Shown: positions 44,184 through 54,681, numbered from the stretch's first letter. The stretch: DNA of 64,000 nt from Thermodesulfobacteriota bacterium (GCA_963675595.2 CAXXLZ010000002.1:960001-1024000), one strand, 5' to 3'. Notes: generated by a model from the letters alone, not told the origin. Numbers and translations are program-made.

Positions 44184-44306
44184 GCAGGCTGATCAAGAAC
44201 GATGAAATGCAGGGTGCGCAAATCCATAGGAGGGCCTACACGTAGTGCGCCGTAACGGCGAGGGATTGAAGCCCGAAGGTGCAAATTGCGTTCTGCGTCA
44301 GCCCAC
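44184..44306 (+). repeat. ~125-bp MITE/REP-like element, copy 2 (diverged)
   Basis: GCAGGCTGATCAAGAACGATGAAATGCAGGGTGCGCAAATCC...CAGCCCAC aligns with the reverse complement of 18386-18511. Confidence 0.65.
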
Positions 44307-44422
44307 CCGCGGCGCTCCACAGGACCGCGTCACCGCCCGGAGGAACACGGCAATCGAAAAGAGTCCGTCGGTATGCTGGGACTCATCCAGTTCAGCAAGG
44401 GATCAAAGGGAGGCGTTTTCAC

Positions 44423-45745
44423 ATGACCAAACAGATTGTTTCCATCGTCCGTTACGAAAAGCCGTTGGAGTCCGTTCGGAAGACCGTTGATCTCTGCAAC
44501 GGTCTGGATCACCTGCCCCGCAACGCCAAGGTGTTCATCAAGCCCAACATCGTCCTGTGGACCCGCAAATCCGTGTTCCCCAAATGGGGCGTGATCACCA
44601 CCTCGCGCGTGATAGAGGACATGGTGGTGCTCCTCAAGGAACGCGGCGTGGACGACATCGTCATCGGCGAAGGCATGGTGCTCTTCGATCCCAAAGACCG
44701 AGACACCCCGAAGCACGCCTTCGAATCCCTCGGATATCCGGACCTTCAAAAGCGGTACGGGGTACGGTGCCTGGACGTTCACGATCGCCCGTTTCGAAAG
44801 ACGGACCTCGGTTCCGGCGTGGTGCTCAACATCAACACCGATATTCTGGACAGCGACTTCGTGGTCGATATCCCGGTCTTGAAAACCCACCACATGACCG
44901 TGGTCAGCCTCGGAATCAAGAATCTCAAGGGCACCATCGATATCCCGTCCCGAAAGAAATGCCACAGCGCGGACCCGGTCAAGGACCTGAACTACATGAT
45001 CGCTCGGCTCGGAAACATGCTGCCGCCTTCCTTCACCATCCTGGACGGAATCTACACGGCGGACCGAGGTCCCAGCGTCAACGGGAAGATACGCAGGAGC
45101 GATCTACTGGTGGGATCCGCGGACGTGCTGTCGGCGGACATGGTGGGCGCGAGGCTGTTGGGATTCGAAACCTCGCAGGTGCCGCACCTGGCTAACGCGG
45201 CCCGGGACCAGGGGAGGCCTTTGGACCTGTCCGACGTTGACATCAGGGGGCTTAAGATCCAAGACGCAGCCTCCATCCATGAGTACGATTTCCCTTACAA
45301 CAACGCGTGCACCCTTCCCACCGCCATGGAGAGGAAGGGCATCCGGGGCCTGGATTTCTACAAGTACGATCTCACGACCTGCACCTACTGCGCGGCCCTG
45401 TACCCCTTGATCATGGCCTCCGTCATGCATGCGTGGAAGGGAGAGCCCTGGGACGACGTGGAAATCCTCACCGGGAAGATCATGAAGCCCACCCCCGGCA
45501 GGAACACCTCCGTCCTGGTGGGCAAGTGCATGTATCAGGCCCATAAGGACAACCCGGACGTGAAACGGATGGTCGCGGTCAAAGGCTGCCCGCCGGGTCC
45601 CAAAGCGTTGGTCAAGGCGCTGCACGAAGCCGGAATCCAAGCGGACCCGGTGTTCCTGGAAAAATGGGAGGAGAACCTGGGCGCCCTGATGAAAAGGTAC
45701 GAAGGAAAACCCGAGTTCGACGAGTCCTTCTTCCGGATTCCGTGA
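44423..45745 (+). CDS. DUF362 Fe-S domain protein
   Basis: KVFIKPN, PVLKTH, SLGIKNLKG, CTYC and VKGCPP motifs; GGGAGG RBS before ATG 44423. Confidence 0.88.
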   Translation: MTKQIVSIVRYEKPLESVRKTVDLCNGLDHLPRNAKVFIKPNIVLWTRKSVFPKWGVITTSRVIEDMVVLLKERGVDDIVIGEGMVLFDPKDRDTPKHAFESLGYPDLQKRYGVRCLDVHDRPFRKTDLGSGVVLNINTDILDSDFVVDIPVLKTHHMTVVSLGIKNLKGTIDIPSRKKCHSADPVKDLNYMIARLGNMLPPSFTILDGIYTADRGPSVNGKIRRSDLLVGSADVLSADMVGARLLGFETSQVPHLANAARDQGRPLDLSDVDIRGLKIQDAASIHEYDFPYNNACTLPTAMERKGIRGLDFYKYDLTTCTYCAALYPLIMASVMHAWKGEPWDDVEILTGKIMKPTPGRNTSVLVGKCMYQAHKDNPDVKRMVAVKGCPPGPKALVKALHEAGIQADPVFLEKWEENLGALMKRYEGKPEFDESFFRIP

Positions 45746-46053
45746 GTCAAACGCGTCGGAGCTTACGCAAGTGAATTCGTCTCTTGGTCACTTTGGCCGG
45801 CCTTGGCAAGTCAGTGAAGCGGGCTTCCTGTGCCTCGTTGAACACGGTGAAAACAACTTTCGACGGCCTAATGTGTTCCACAAAATGAGAGCGGGAGGGT
45901 GGCGGATTCGAGGTAATGTCTGAACCTCAAACCTGTGAACAAAGCCTCGTGGCGTTTTCGTGAACGACTCCCAAAGGCACCTATATGTCCTTCCCGAAGA
46001 ACTATAATTAGCCGGTTTCTGCGTAGCGAGGATGCGGTCGGAGGCCTGCCTAA

Positions 46054-47884
46054 CTCATCTTTGACAGTTGGAGGGTGAAAAAGTGGGCCTCTCCCGCCTA
46101 ACTTACCGAAATGATTAGGCTGGCCTTTTTCCGAGGCTCCAAACGTAGTGCCAATATGTCCGATTTTTTCCTTGACTCCGCCGACCTGTATTCCGTACAA
46201 TTTGTTTCATGTTTGCACGCGTCAAAAAGGTCAAAAGCGGCGGATCCGAGCATGAATATCTTCAGATCGTGGAGAACTATCGCCAGGATAAGAAGGTAAA
46301 ACAGAAAGTTATATGCACGCTGGGCCGTCTCGACAGGCTCCGTGAATCGGGTGCCTTGGACGGAGTTCTTACCAGTCTCGCCAAGTTCTCCACCCAGAAT
46401 CAGGTCATCAGTCTCTATAAGGAAGGTAGTGTCAAGGCGGACTGGGCCAAGTCCTGGGGAACCGTTTTGGTGATCGAGAAACTCTGGAAGACCTTGGGGC
46501 TCGATGTGGTACTCCGATCTCTCGCTTCTCGCTCCGATTATCGCTTCGATCTAGAGCGCGCGGTCTTTGCCTGCGTCTGCCAACGCTTGGTCCGTCCGGG
46601 ATCCGATCTCGCCGCGAGCCGTTGGATTCAGAACGTCCACGGTGAAGGCTTCGACGACCTGGAGCTTCAGCACCTTTATCGATCCATGGACTTCCTGGCC
46701 GAGTATCAGCCCGAAATCGAAAAGGAACTTTTCCGTCGGGGCCGCGACCTCTTCGATTACGGGGTGGATCTCGTTTTCTTCGACACCACCTCGGTCTACT
46801 TCGAGGGCCGGGGGCCGGCCGAGTTGGCTCGATACGGGTTCTCCAAGGACCATCGTCCCGATCGGAAACAGGTGTTGGTGGGCGTCGTCATGTCCCGAAA
46901 GGGATATCCCCTTTCCTGTCAATTTTGGGAGGGCAACACGGCGGACGTTACCACCATCAAGCGCATCATCGCCCTGGTCAAGCGTCGGTTCTCCCTGAAC
47001 AACGTGGTCCTGGTCTCCGACCGCGGTATGGTCGGCGTCGACAATCTGGTGGAACTGGAGCGTGCCGGTATCGACTACATCGTGGGCATCCCCATGCGCC
47101 GTTACCAGGATGTCCGAGGCCAAGTGGTGGACACTCCGGGCTACTACCAAGCGCTCACTCCCACCTTGTGGTTCAAGGAGATTCATCTGAACGGATGCCG
47201 TTACGTCCTCTGCTACAACCAAGACCAAGCAGCCAAAGACGAGGCCACCCGATCGGCCCTTGTGGAAAAGTTGAAAACCACCCTGAAAAAACAGGGGCCC
47301 CAGTCTCTGGTGGGAAACAAGGGCTTCAGGAAATTCATCAAACTCGACCGGGAAACCGTGCGCATCGATCCCGCCAAGGTCAAGGACGACGCCCGCTTCG
47401 ACGGCAAGTATGTTCTCCTCACCAGTACCGACATTCCCGCCGATGAAGTCGCGGTCACCTACAAGCGACTGTGGCAGGTGGAAAGAGCCTTCCGGGACCT
47501 CAAATCCGCCCTGGAAGTCAGGCCCGTGTTCCATCAACGGTGTCAACGCGTTCAAGGTCACATTTTCTGCAACTTCCTGGCCCTATACCTGAAGATCGCG
47601 CTGCAGAAACAGCTCAAAACCAAAGAAATCGACATCCCTTGGGACCAGGTTCTGCTCGACCTCGACGCCTTCAAAGCCATCCATCTACAGGTCGCAGAAA
47701 AATCCTACCTCCTCAGAACGGAATTCCAAGGCGACGCCTACCGCATCTTCCAAGCCGTTGGCCTCAAACCGCCGCCCACTTTACAGACTCTCCAGGAGCA
47801 CCAAAACGTAGTGCCATAAACCTTTCTTTTTCGTATAAGCAGCTGAAATTACTGCATTAGTTATTTTGAACTGTCAAAGATCAG
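46054..47884 (+). mobile_element. IS1634-family element with 5-bp TSD
   Basis: IR CTCATCTTTGACAGTT / AACTGTCAAAGATCAG; TSD CCTAA at 46049-46053 and 47885-47889. Confidence 0.93.
46209..47819 (+). CDS. IS1634-family transposase
   Basis: FFDTTSVYFEG, GFSKDHRPD, SDRGM and YKRLWQVERAFRDLK motifs. Confidence 0.93.
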   Translation: MFARVKKVKSGGSEHEYLQIVENYRQDKKVKQKVICTLGRLDRLRESGALDGVLTSLAKFSTQNQVISLYKEGSVKADWAKSWGTVLVIEKLWKTLGLDVVLRSLASRSDYRFDLERAVFACVCQRLVRPGSDLAASRWIQNVHGEGFDDLELQHLYRSMDFLAEYQPEIEKELFRRGRDLFDYGVDLVFFDTTSVYFEGRGPAELARYGFSKDHRPDRKQVLVGVVMSRKGYPLSCQFWEGNTADVTTIKRIIALVKRRFSLNNVVLVSDRGMVGVDNLVELERAGIDYIVGIPMRRYQDVRGQVVDTPGYYQALTPTLWFKEIHLNGCRYVLCYNQDQAAKDEATRSALVEKLKTTLKKQGPQSLVGNKGFRKFIKLDRETVRIDPAKVKDDARFDGKYVLLTSTDIPADEVAVTYKRLWQVERAFRDLKSALEVRPVFHQRCQRVQGHIFCNFLALYLKIALQKQLKTKEIDIPWDQVLLDLDAFKAIHLQVAEKSYLLRTEFQGDAYRIFQAVGLKPPPTLQTLQEHQNVVP

Positions 47885-47889
47885 CCTAA

Positions 47890-48480
47890 ATGGACGAATG
47901 GCTTAGAACGAACGAATATGTCGATACAGTGGAAACTTCCGAGTTCTTGGCTGAACAACTTCAGAATATCAAGTCAGAGCCTCACCGATGGAAATGGGTC
48001 ATCATCATTCTTCACAATCTACTACAAGGCATGATGGTTCTCGCACTTAAGGGATCGCATGGGTTGAATGTTTTATTCCCCAAAGACCAAAACCGCTGGC
48101 TTGAGGCGCATGGAAATCGAAAGGGCTACCCGGACGACTTGAAGCTCAACCGATTTCCCGCCCTCTACAAGATGATCAAGAGTGATGAAATGTTAATGTA
48201 TGTATATAGTAGTAGCTTCCAGCCAAAGCCGAACCATGATTCGTCTGTGGCACTTCTAAACAGCCTTAGAAACGATTTCATTCATTTCACACCCAAATCA
48301 TGGTCAATTGAGCTTCGAGGCCTTCCCACTTTGGTTTTGGACTGCCTTGATATTGCTGAATTTCTATCATGGGAATCGAAGAACGTGTTCTGGTCTCAAG
48401 AAGAGTTGGCAGACAGGATCAGGTCGGCATTCGTATCCGCCCGTGAAGCATGTGAAGCATTGCATCGGTTGTCAATTTAG
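47890..48480 (+). CDS. Hypothetical protein with HEPN-like RNxxxH motif
   Basis: All-helical pattern with LNSLRNDFIHF. Confidence 0.6.
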   Translation: MDEWLRTNEYVDTVETSEFLAEQLQNIKSEPHRWKWVIIILHNLLQGMMVLALKGSHGLNVLFPKDQNRWLEAHGNRKGYPDDLKLNRFPALYKMIKSDEMLMYVYSSSFQPKPNHDSSVALLNSLRNDFIHFTPKSWSIELRGLPTLVLDCLDIAEFLSWESKNVFWSQEELADRIRSAFVSAREACEALHRLSI

Positions 48481-48687
48481 GATTGGATGGATGTGTCTCC
48501 GCCTCGGGAAGCTTACATCAGTTAGGTTGTACTCGTCTCTTTCTTCTGACAGCGCTCTATGGCCACTCATTTCCGGCGATCAGGACTCGGAAGTCTTCGT
48601 TTCGACGGAGGTTCATTTGCCGTAACTGAAATCCTGACCGTACAGACCTATCGAGATATAACCGATCGCCCGCATTTCTCGCCCCCC

Positions 48688-49206
48688 TCATTCTCTACCG
48701 AGAAAATATGTCTGTGCCGGCCACAGCACGTGACAGCGCTTCCCCGCCATGTATGCCGTCGTGCACTCACTCCGGTTGAGCGGACCAAGCCTGCTCGAGT
48801 CAAAGAGTTTAATCTGATTCTCGGTTATCTTCCTGACGACGGTCCAGTGGTCGTAGACACCGGACATACCGAGGATGATGGCCCTTCTTCTTTTGGTATC
48901 GTAGAGGGACGAAAGCATCTTCAACCAGAAATCCTCCAAACTTGGGTTCTTGACTCCTCTGAAGGGGATTTCTATGGTCGGTATTCGGTCGCCGATCACA
49001 TCAGTAAGGATTGCTTTGATGTCCTTCAAGCGGATACCGGCAGTAAAAAATTGCGCGAGCAAGCCTACTTTGTCCAGGTGCTTCACGATCGAATTGAATA
49101 GGTTCTGAGAATCCTGTTCCGGCGTAACGTTGATTAGCTGCTCCGCATTTACGAGGCTGCAAATGCCGCACAGGGAATCCAGTCATCCTTGCTCATACGG
49201 CTTCAT
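48688..49206 (-). pseudogene. Papain-fold (C39-like) peptidase with an in-frame TGA at codon 8
   Basis: ATG 49206 gives MKPYEQG*LDSLCGICSLVNA, in frame with ORF 48688..49086, which contains DHWTVV and LFDS (Cys-His-Asp). Confidence 0.65.
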
Positions 49207-49612
49207 TGTCTTCTCATTTTGATGAGTTGGGGGTGATCGGTTTGTTCTCTGTTTGACGCTGGGATGTCTCCCTCCATCTCGTGCAGAGCGATTCCGCCGA
49301 ACTCGGACATCGCAGACTCCCGGCAAGCCGGCACTTCGAATCGAATGCCGCAATACTCAAAATCCGTACGCGTTCACGGAGTATCCGCGAAAGCTTTTTG
49401 AACCGGTTCTCGCTGTGTGCGCGTCGCAACCGGGGTCAAGAGTTTTCTCCACATAAGTTGCCGAGTCCGCAATCATCGGATTTTTCGACGAGAGTCTTGC
49501 ACCTTGGATCGCCCGGATCGGCTTCGTCCCGCCAGGGACGAAGCCCTCATCAGGGGGCCCGGGGGAACGAATGTTTCCCCGGAGACGGTGTAAACAAACA
49601 CCAAATTTTGTT

Positions 49613-50404
49613 TTACGGCTTCCACTCCGCCATCGCGTTGGTCAACTGGGGCGGGAAATTGGGTTCGTGGCGGACATCCACGGGGATGGGGAACCGAACC
49701 CCGGCCTTGTGAGTCGCTTCCAGGCTCTCCACCACCCGTTGGATGGCATTGGCCGGGATGGTGAAAATCATTTCGTCGTCCTGCACCATGCCCCATACGC
49801 GATCCCCGTTGCCGGGCACCACCACTTGGGGCTTTTGGGTCTTCAGCGTCCTGAGAATCCCTTCGTTGCACGATCCGAACCTGCCGGTGAATACGGAGGC
49901 CAGTTCCTCTCCCGTCTCCCGGGTGGCGGCGTGCACCAGCCGCATCAGTTGAGCGGAATTACAGAACATCATGATCAGGTCCGGGTCCATGCGACCCGAT
50001 TCCACCGGAGAAACCACCACGCCGCCGCATCGGCCCGGTTCGAGTCGGTATTGGGTTGTGGAAGACAGCACTTGGCGCAGCGCGTCATCGTCCACGCCGT
50101 AGTTCAGCGACTTGAGGAAGCTGAACAAGGCGAATTCGTTGCGTGCCGGCTCCTCACTCCAACCGTAGAACATTTCCGCAACCGGACAATAATTGTCCTC
50201 CGGCGTCAACCCGATGGTCCATCCGTATTTGCGCGCCATGGCAATGGCAACGCAGATGGTGGTTTGGAAGCCGAGGTCCGACGCGGGACGTCGCGTCTTG
50301 GCCGGAAAGTCGTCCGCGGATGGTACCAGCTTGATGCCCACGGGAATGGTAAGCGGTTTGACGAATCGATTGATGGATTGTGCCACTTCGGTCCAGTCCT
50401 GCAT
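49613..50404 (-). CDS. DUF169 family protein
   Basis: PVGIK, C.AI.MAR..G, C and VPGNGDR...QDDEMIF pattern. Confidence 0.8.
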   Translation of the reverse strand: MQDWTEVAQSINRFVKPLTIPVGIKLVPSADDFPAKTRRPASDLGFQTTICVAIAMARKYGWTIGLTPEDNYCPVAEMFYGWSEEPARNEFALFSFLKSLNYGVDDDALRQVLSSTTQYRLEPGRCGGVVVSPVESGRMDPDLIMMFCNSAQLMRLVHAATRETGEELASVFTGRFGSCNEGILRTLKTQKPQVVVPGNGDRVWGMVQDDEMIFTIPANAIQRVVESLEATHKAGVRFPIPVDVRHEPNFPPQLTNAMAEWKP

Positions 50405-50444
50405 GAGAATACCTCCGCGTGGTGTATCGGTATTTGTTCACTAA

Positions 50445-50684
50445 GTCACCGGGGGAAAGCTGTTCCCCCGAACCCCTTGTGCGAGCTTGATCCCGCCGAC
50501 ACGGGACGAAGCCGGACTATGGAGCTTCTCCGGCAATCTCTGAGATTGAAGGAACGCTGGAAACCAGCGGGCAACCCTATTTCTCCCTCAGGCTCTCCGC
50601 CGAAGGCGGTGAGGCCTGCTTGAGACGTTTTGAGGGGGGGCCACGGGGGGGAACTTTTCCAAAAGTTCTCCCCCCGTGAATGAT
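50445..50684 (+). repeat. ~240-bp multi-hairpin element, copy A
   Basis: Shares AAGCCGGACTATGGAGCTTCT, CTCTCCGCCGAAGGCGGTGAGGCCTGC and the GGGAACTTT..AAAAGTTCTCCCC hairpin with the reverse complement of 52137-52374. Confidence 0.85.
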
Positions 50685-50732
50685 GACATATTCCCGAAAA
50701 GTCTTTCAGCACGCACCTCGGCCCGTCTCCGG

Positions 50733-52085
50733 TCAACTCTGCGGCGTATAGACCACGTAGCCCCTGGGCGGGGCCCAGAATTCCCCCCAACCTCCCTGTC
50801 CCGTCCGGGTTTCTTGGGGAGCCCCGGAATCCGCCTCGCCCCTCCAGGCTACGGGAGCGAATCGGGTATGCTCCCATTGGGTGCGAGCCCAGTTCCCGTT
50901 CCAATCTCCCCGGTTGTTGAGCGCAAACACCAAGCCCTTTTGCTCCCGCCACCCGTTTCTCTGCATGATGTAGAGATCGTCGTCGACATAGAGTACCGAG
51001 GACTCGCCGCCTGCGTGCTCTTCATGCACCTTGACCAGGGCCGCGATGCCGTCCGCGGACCCTTCCAGCCCCAGTCCCCAGGTGTAATAATCCTGCCAGA
51101 ATACACAGGGATAGCCTTCGTGCGTCAGGATAAAGGCGTATGCGAGCATCTTGTCCGTTCGGACGGGGTCGTCGCGCACCACGTCGTGGTTCTCTACGAA
51201 TGTCACGGCCTGCGCGGGCATTTCTTTGAACAGTGTGCCTCCTTCCACGAGGTTTCTCAAGCTGTACCCGGGAGCCTGGCAAAGGTCTCTCAGTCGATAC
51301 CTCAATGGGAAGTCGAAGGCGGCCGCTGGATTGTCGGACCAGGCGTTGGTTTCCTCGAGCCAATCCAAAATGGTCCTTTGGCTGTCCCAGCATTCCCCCA
51401 CGCCGAAAGGTTTGAAGCCCTTTCCATCCTTCACGCCCCTCAGCTCCTGGATGGCTCGGACCATCCAGCCGCCGTACCCTTTGACGCAGTCGTACCGGAA
51501 GCCGTCGAACTTGATCTCCTCCAGCAGCCACCGCGCGTACTCCAGCAGTTCCGTATACACATAAGGGTGTCTGTGGCAAAGGTCGGGCATGTCGCCGAAG
51601 GTTTCGTCATCCCAGGTTTCATAGGGCGAGGGATGGAAGCATTTCCAATCCCTGGGAAACTTACCGCTCTTGGGTTGGAACTTGGTCCACCGTTCGCCGC
51701 CGTCGATGGGATTCTCTTCTTTCCCGTCGCCTCCGCTGTTGTGGTTCAACACCAGGTCGGCATAGACTTCCATGTGATGCTCGTGGGCCACGCCGATCAG
51801 ATCCACGAGTTCATCTCTCGACCCGAACCACGTGCTTGTGGACCCCTTCTGTTCCAGGTCCCCGAGATCGTAATAATCATAGGGGTCGTATCCCATGGAC
51901 ATGCCGTCGATACCGGCCGCTTTGCAGGCGGGCGGCAGCCACAGTGCGGTGAATCCCGCGTCGCTCAACGAAGGGACTTTGCTCTTGACGTGATTCCACC
52001 ATTGTCGTTCCTTGTTTTCGAGCCCGGGACAATCCCAATAGAAGGCCTGCATGATCACACCCATGGTCCGTTCCTCCTTTGACAT
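50733..52085 (-). CDS. Cytoplasmic GH13 alpha-amylase
   Basis: MGYDPYDYYDLG, DLVLNH, DGFRYD, VGECW and FVENHD motifs; no signal peptide. Confidence 0.93.
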   Translation of the reverse strand: MSKEERTMGVIMQAFYWDCPGLENKERQWWNHVKSKVPSLSDAGFTALWLPPACKAAGIDGMSMGYDPYDYYDLGDLEQKGSTSTWFGSRDELVDLIGVAHEHHMEVYADLVLNHNSGGDGKEENPIDGGERWTKFQPKSGKFPRDWKCFHPSPYETWDDETFGDMPDLCHRHPYVYTELLEYARWLLEEIKFDGFRYDCVKGYGGWMVRAIQELRGVKDGKGFKPFGVGECWDSQRTILDWLEETNAWSDNPAAAFDFPLRYRLRDLCQAPGYSLRNLVEGGTLFKEMPAQAVTFVENHDVVRDDPVRTDKMLAYAFILTHEGYPCVFWQDYYTWGLGLEGSADGIAALVKVHEEHAGGESSVLYVDDDLYIMQRNGWREQKGLVFALNNRGDWNGNWARTQWEHTRFAPVAWRGEADSGAPQETRTGQGGWGEFWAPPRGYVVYTPQS

Positions 52086-52136
52086 TGAATCGGCTTCCGC
52101 TTTCGGTTACGTTTCTTCAATACAGCTGCCGGCGTT

Positions 52137-52374
52137 ATCATTCACGGGGAGAACTTTTAAGAAAGTTCCCCCCGTGCGCCCCCCTTGTAACCCTTCAGGC
52201 AGGCCTCACCGCCTTCGGCGGAGAGGCTGGGGGAGAAAGAGGTTTCCTCGCTGATTTTCAGCGTTCCTTACATCTCCTGAATCGACAAAGAAGCTCCATA
52301 GTCCGGCTTTGTCACGTACCGGCGCGATGGAGCCCGTACAACGGGTCCGGTTGTAAGATCGTTTCCCCTGTGAC
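52137..52374 (-). repeat. ~240-bp multi-hairpin element, copy B (inverted)
   Basis: Reverse complement aligns end to end with copy A. Confidence 0.85.
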
Positions 52375-52430
52375 CCTGTGAATGCGAATCTACCGGCTTT
52401 TTTTGGAAGTTCGGGGCCGCCGAACATTGA

Positions 52431-52462
52431 GAATGAATGAGTGAGTGAGTGAGTGAGTGAGT
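52431..52462. repeat. Tetranucleotide SSR (GAAT)2(GAGT)6
   Basis: Read directly from the sequence; intergenic. Confidence 0.95.
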
Positions 52463-52599
52463 GAAACCAACCACCGGCCCGCATTGAGATATTGTACAGT
52501 GGATTGCAGCCACCGGAAAGACTCTTGCACGCGTATCCCGATCCTCCCGTCCGACAGACGACCGCCGCCGAACCTTCCGGCGGTCCGATTCAATCTCGC

Positions 52600-54681
52600 A
52601 TGAGCATCGCGTTCCCGGCCATACTGAAACGACCGAGTTTCCAACGCCGGCTTGCCGGTATTTCGGCGGTTCTCGTGCCGTTGGCGGGCTGGTACCGCTT
52701 CTCCTTCGACTTCGTTTCCGTGCTTTCCGCGTTCCTGTTCTTCTTCATGTTGCCCGGACTGTGCATCGGAGCACGGCTGTTCCGTGAAAACACCGACCTG
52801 TTGGAGCGGACGGCCTGTGCCTTCGCCTGCGGCATGGCCTTCAACGCTCTTTTCTTTCTGATCCGAGGCCTGGTCGGATTTCCCTCGGATTTCGCCGCAA
52901 CCGCCCGCATACTCGCGGCCTGCATCTGTCTTGTTGTGTTGGTCACGGTCCGGCATGAATACAAGAACCACTGGGCCGGGCTTCGGTTTCGCACAGGCGA
53001 CTCGGCCTTGGTTCCCCTGATCCTGATCGCCGTTCTCGGCATGATCCTTCTGTTCAACGAAAACGTATGGCTCCTCACTTCCGACAGTCTGGCCTATCTT
53101 CCACGAATGGTGGAATGGGGGCGACAAGGGGAAACGGGCATCGACCCGACGGCCGAACTCGTGACGCTTTTAGGAAATACGCGCCTGTATCGCATGGTGA
53201 TGCAGCCCTTTCTGCTGCAGGTAACGGCGGTTGCCCCTGCGGTGAGCTATCAGATTTTGACGGTTCTCGTGGGAGGCTGTTTCGCGTGTTCTTTTTATTT
53301 CTTTCTGAAACGCCTTTGGGACGACAAGCTCTTTCTCACTTTGGGCATTCTGCTTTTCATAACTCACTTCGGAGGCTTCTGGTTCAACCCCATTCACTCC
53401 AATTATTCCTGGTTCGTGGCGTGGAGCCTGTATTTCATCGCCATGGGACGGCTGCTGGAAGCCTCGGGCTCCGGCGAAAAGAAGAAGGCGATCCTTCCCC
53501 TTGTTCTGATAGGCGTTACCATCCTGTTCCACGGCGCCGTCTTCCTCATGGCGGTCTTGAGCGCGTCCGCCTTCCTTTTCGGTATCCTTGCGCTCGGAGA
53601 CCACCCCAATAGAGGGTTGCGGAAAATCGTCGCCGGCGCTCTGAGTGTGCTGTTCATCGGCACGCTTATCCTTTACGGCATCGACGTGCTGTGGACGCGT
53701 CTTCCCCTGCTGGATTCCTTGGGGCTGTATAGGACCCGCGGCTTTGGCGACGGATTCGTGGAAGCCTTCGGATCAGGCTATGTCATCGATCCGGTTTCCG
53801 GTCCCGTCCTGTTTTCAGGCCTGTGGGGCTTGTTGTCCGTGGCGTTCCTTCCAATAGTGTTTCGGAACCGGAATCGGTTGAAGAAAAACGCCGCTTCCTT
53901 TCTGGGTTCCAACACGGTGGTCCCTTTGGCCGTATTGTTCAATCCCCTTTTGGTATCCGTCCTGCTGCCCTGGTTCCAGCCCGCCGGCGTGGAACGTCTG
54001 ATCTTCGCCATGCCGTACATCCCCGTCACGGCATTGGTCGTCACTGTGTTCCTGCGAAAACGACAAAACGCACCGGCCGACGCCGCGGCACGTGGGCGAG
54101 CCATGGGGATCGTCCTCCTTGTCTTGATCACCGGCCTGCCGGTTTTTCTTTATCGGGGACTGCTGTTACTTCCGGCGGATTGGGGAACCCGGGTCCAACC
54201 GTTGGTGGAAAGAATCTCCGGACTTCCCACAGGCCCCTATCGCTACAACCATCCCGCGCTTCTGCGCGCCGTGGACTTCATCAAGCGGAAGATTCCCACC
54301 GACGCCCTGTTCCTGACCGATCCCCTCACCGCGGAACTGTTCCCCATACGGTTGAAACAGCCCGTTCTGGAGAGATGGAGACGCGATCCGACCCGGCTTG
54401 AGATTCCTTCCAGCACGAGCATGATCGCCCTCGGCTCGAACTTCAATATCCGGAAGACGGTCGCACTGCTGACGGACAGGCGCGTTGATTTCATACTGAT
54501 CAACGATTCCTGGAACGCCTACACCAGCGACCAGTATTTCGAACCACCGTCGGAAGGAATAGATTCCGTATTCGACGTGGGGAAATTCAAGGCGCATCCG
54601 GAATTTTTTCGATTGCTTTTCGAGGATGGAAGAATCTTTCTCTTTGAATTCCTCGGTCGGTCCTCTTCCGGCTCGGCGTGA
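52600..54681 (+). CDS. Polytopic membrane protein, probable GT-C-fold glycosyltransferase
   Basis: More than 12 TM segments, SDSLAYL loop, and a C-terminal soluble domain (AVDFIKRKIPTDALFLTDP). Start uncertain (52492 or 52600). Confidence 0.65.
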   Translation: MSIAFPAILKRPSFQRRLAGISAVLVPLAGWYRFSFDFVSVLSAFLFFFMLPGLCIGARLFRENTDLLERTACAFACGMAFNALFFLIRGLVGFPSDFAATARILAACICLVVLVTVRHEYKNHWAGLRFRTGDSALVPLILIAVLGMILLFNENVWLLTSDSLAYLPRMVEWGRQGETGIDPTAELVTLLGNTRLYRMVMQPFLLQVTAVAPAVSYQILTVLVGGCFACSFYFFLKRLWDDKLFLTLGILLFITHFGGFWFNPIHSNYSWFVAWSLYFIAMGRLLEASGSGEKKKAILPLVLIGVTILFHGAVFLMAVLSASAFLFGILALGDHPNRGLRKIVAGALSVLFIGTLILYGIDVLWTRLPLLDSLGLYRTRGFGDGFVEAFGSGYVIDPVSGPVLFSGLWGLLSVAFLPIVFRNRNRLKKNAASFLGSNTVVPLAVLFNPLLVSVLLPWFQPAGVERLIFAMPYIPVTALVVTVFLRKRQNAPADAAARGRAMGIVLLVLITGLPVFLYRGLLLLPADWGTRVQPLVERISGLPTGPYRYNHPALLRAVDFIKRKIPTDALFLTDPLTAELFPIRLKQPVLERWRRDPTRLEIPSSTSMIALGSNFNIRKTVALLTDRRVDFILINDSWNAYTSDQYFEPPSEGIDSVFDVGKFKAHPEFFRLLFEDGRIFLFEFLGRSSSGSA

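Noticed and set aside
39394-52082. Long ORFs 39394..40881(-), 46551..47561(-) and 50676..52082(+)
   Set aside because: Antisense shadows of the transposases and the alpha-amylase.
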